DNA of 64,000 nt from the NCBI GenBank assembly GCA_028066355.1, contig JALCBP010000003.1, positions 1,751 through 65,750 on the forward strand, written 5' to 3'. The notes under the pieces are model-generated. The model searched no databases. It saw only the letters and a program-made list of their open reading frames with translations, and was not told the origin of the DNA. Of the stretch, positions 63,497 through 64,000 are shown piece by piece. The stretch is from Pirellulales bacterium. Lineage in GTDB: Bacteria > Planctomycetota > Planctomycetia > Pirellulales > UBA1268. Within the stretch, counting starts at the first letter, position 1, and each line of letters opens with the position of its first letter. The translations under genes and the position numbers were made by a program.

Positions 63497-64000
63497 CTAT
63501 GAAGATGAATCTTCATGTGAAAGTGGTGTGGTTGGAATTTCATCCTCGCCGGCAGCAACACCACAAACGGCGTGGTCAATAGCCTCAGCATCTGGTTTTG
63601 GAAATTCAAAAGGCATATCTTCAAATTTGGCCTGTGAAGTAACTAGGTCAATAGTTTTTCGTTCAATAATTTGATTTCGAAGCACATCCATAAGTCCTCT
63701 TCGCTCAAGGCTGGCACGAACACGTCTCGGTGATTCACCAGATTGAGCAGCGATAGCCTTGATTTCTGCTTCATAATCTGCAGCAGAGTCAGAGACTTTC
63801 TCGGCTTCTGCAATTTTTTCCAAGATGAAATGTTCTTTCAATGAACGTGCCGTGCTTGCCATCACAGACTGACGAAGTTCATTGACGTATCGACGGATTG
63901 AGTCATCATCAAAACCACTCCGCCGAAGCTCTAAAATAGATCTCTCCAGTTCACGTTGGCTCTGGCGACGCAACAAGTCAGGAGGAAGTTCCCAATTAGC
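63497..64000 (-). CDS. tig: Trigger factor, C-terminal part; 5' end lies outside the window
   Basis: The frame is open to the window end. The C-terminal domain sequence (..LKEHFILEKIAEAEKV..IERKTIDLV..) and the position upstream of clpP are typical of tig. Confidence 0.85.
   Translation of the reverse strand, partial: ANWELPPDLLRRQSQRELERSILELRRSGFDDDSIRRYVNELRQSVMASTARSLKEHFILEKIAEAEKVSDSAADYEAEIKAIAAQSGESPRRVRASLERRGLMDVLRNQIIERKTIDLVTSQAKFEDMPFEFPKPDAEAIDHAVCGVAAGEDEIPTTPLSHEDSSS

Overview
All calls below rest on reading the sequence and the ORF translations. I could not run BLAST, HMM, folding or repeat tools. The window is 64 kb of chromosome, roughly mid-40s % GC by eye, and looks like a Planctomycetota genome. 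Supporting signs are three DUF1080 genes, two CxPxR sulfatases, a YTV-repeat protein, a lysine-rich H1/Hc1-like protein, an LExRxxLS-type N-terminus on a giant secreted enzyme, and tandem clpP genes. It opens at a replication-origin-type locus: iscS-like, dnaA-like, a 676-bp AT-rich gap, dnaN, DUF721/DciA-like and gyrB, with no recF. The rest is mostly housekeeping: pgk, nrdJ, an Opp/Dpp-type ABC importer, dtd, birA, ino1, an aminotransferase, apbE, gap, clpP x2 and tig. Planctomycete-typical accessory genes are interspersed. I saw no rRNA, tRNA, CRISPR array, transposase, integrase or phage genes. The best candidate for an undescribed system is a six-gene minus-strand module at 53661-59795. 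It has a LolD/MacB-type ATPase, an FtsX-type permease, two paralogous secreted Cys-Pro-Phe-Cys proteins and two paralogous CCFG-motif (DUF3299-like) proteins. It has no membrane-fusion protein and sits next to a lipoprotein-type TolC. Other notable items: a DnaA homolog with degenerate Walker A/B motifs; a 1414-aa enzyme with two GH10-like domains and a C-terminal amicyanin-like cupredoxin; a translationally coupled pair of beta-barrel-like paralogs; an EVE / alpha-oxoamine synthase / FMO operon; an opp operon split by an opposite-strand sulfatase cassette; and candidate NrdR boxes upstream of nrdJ.
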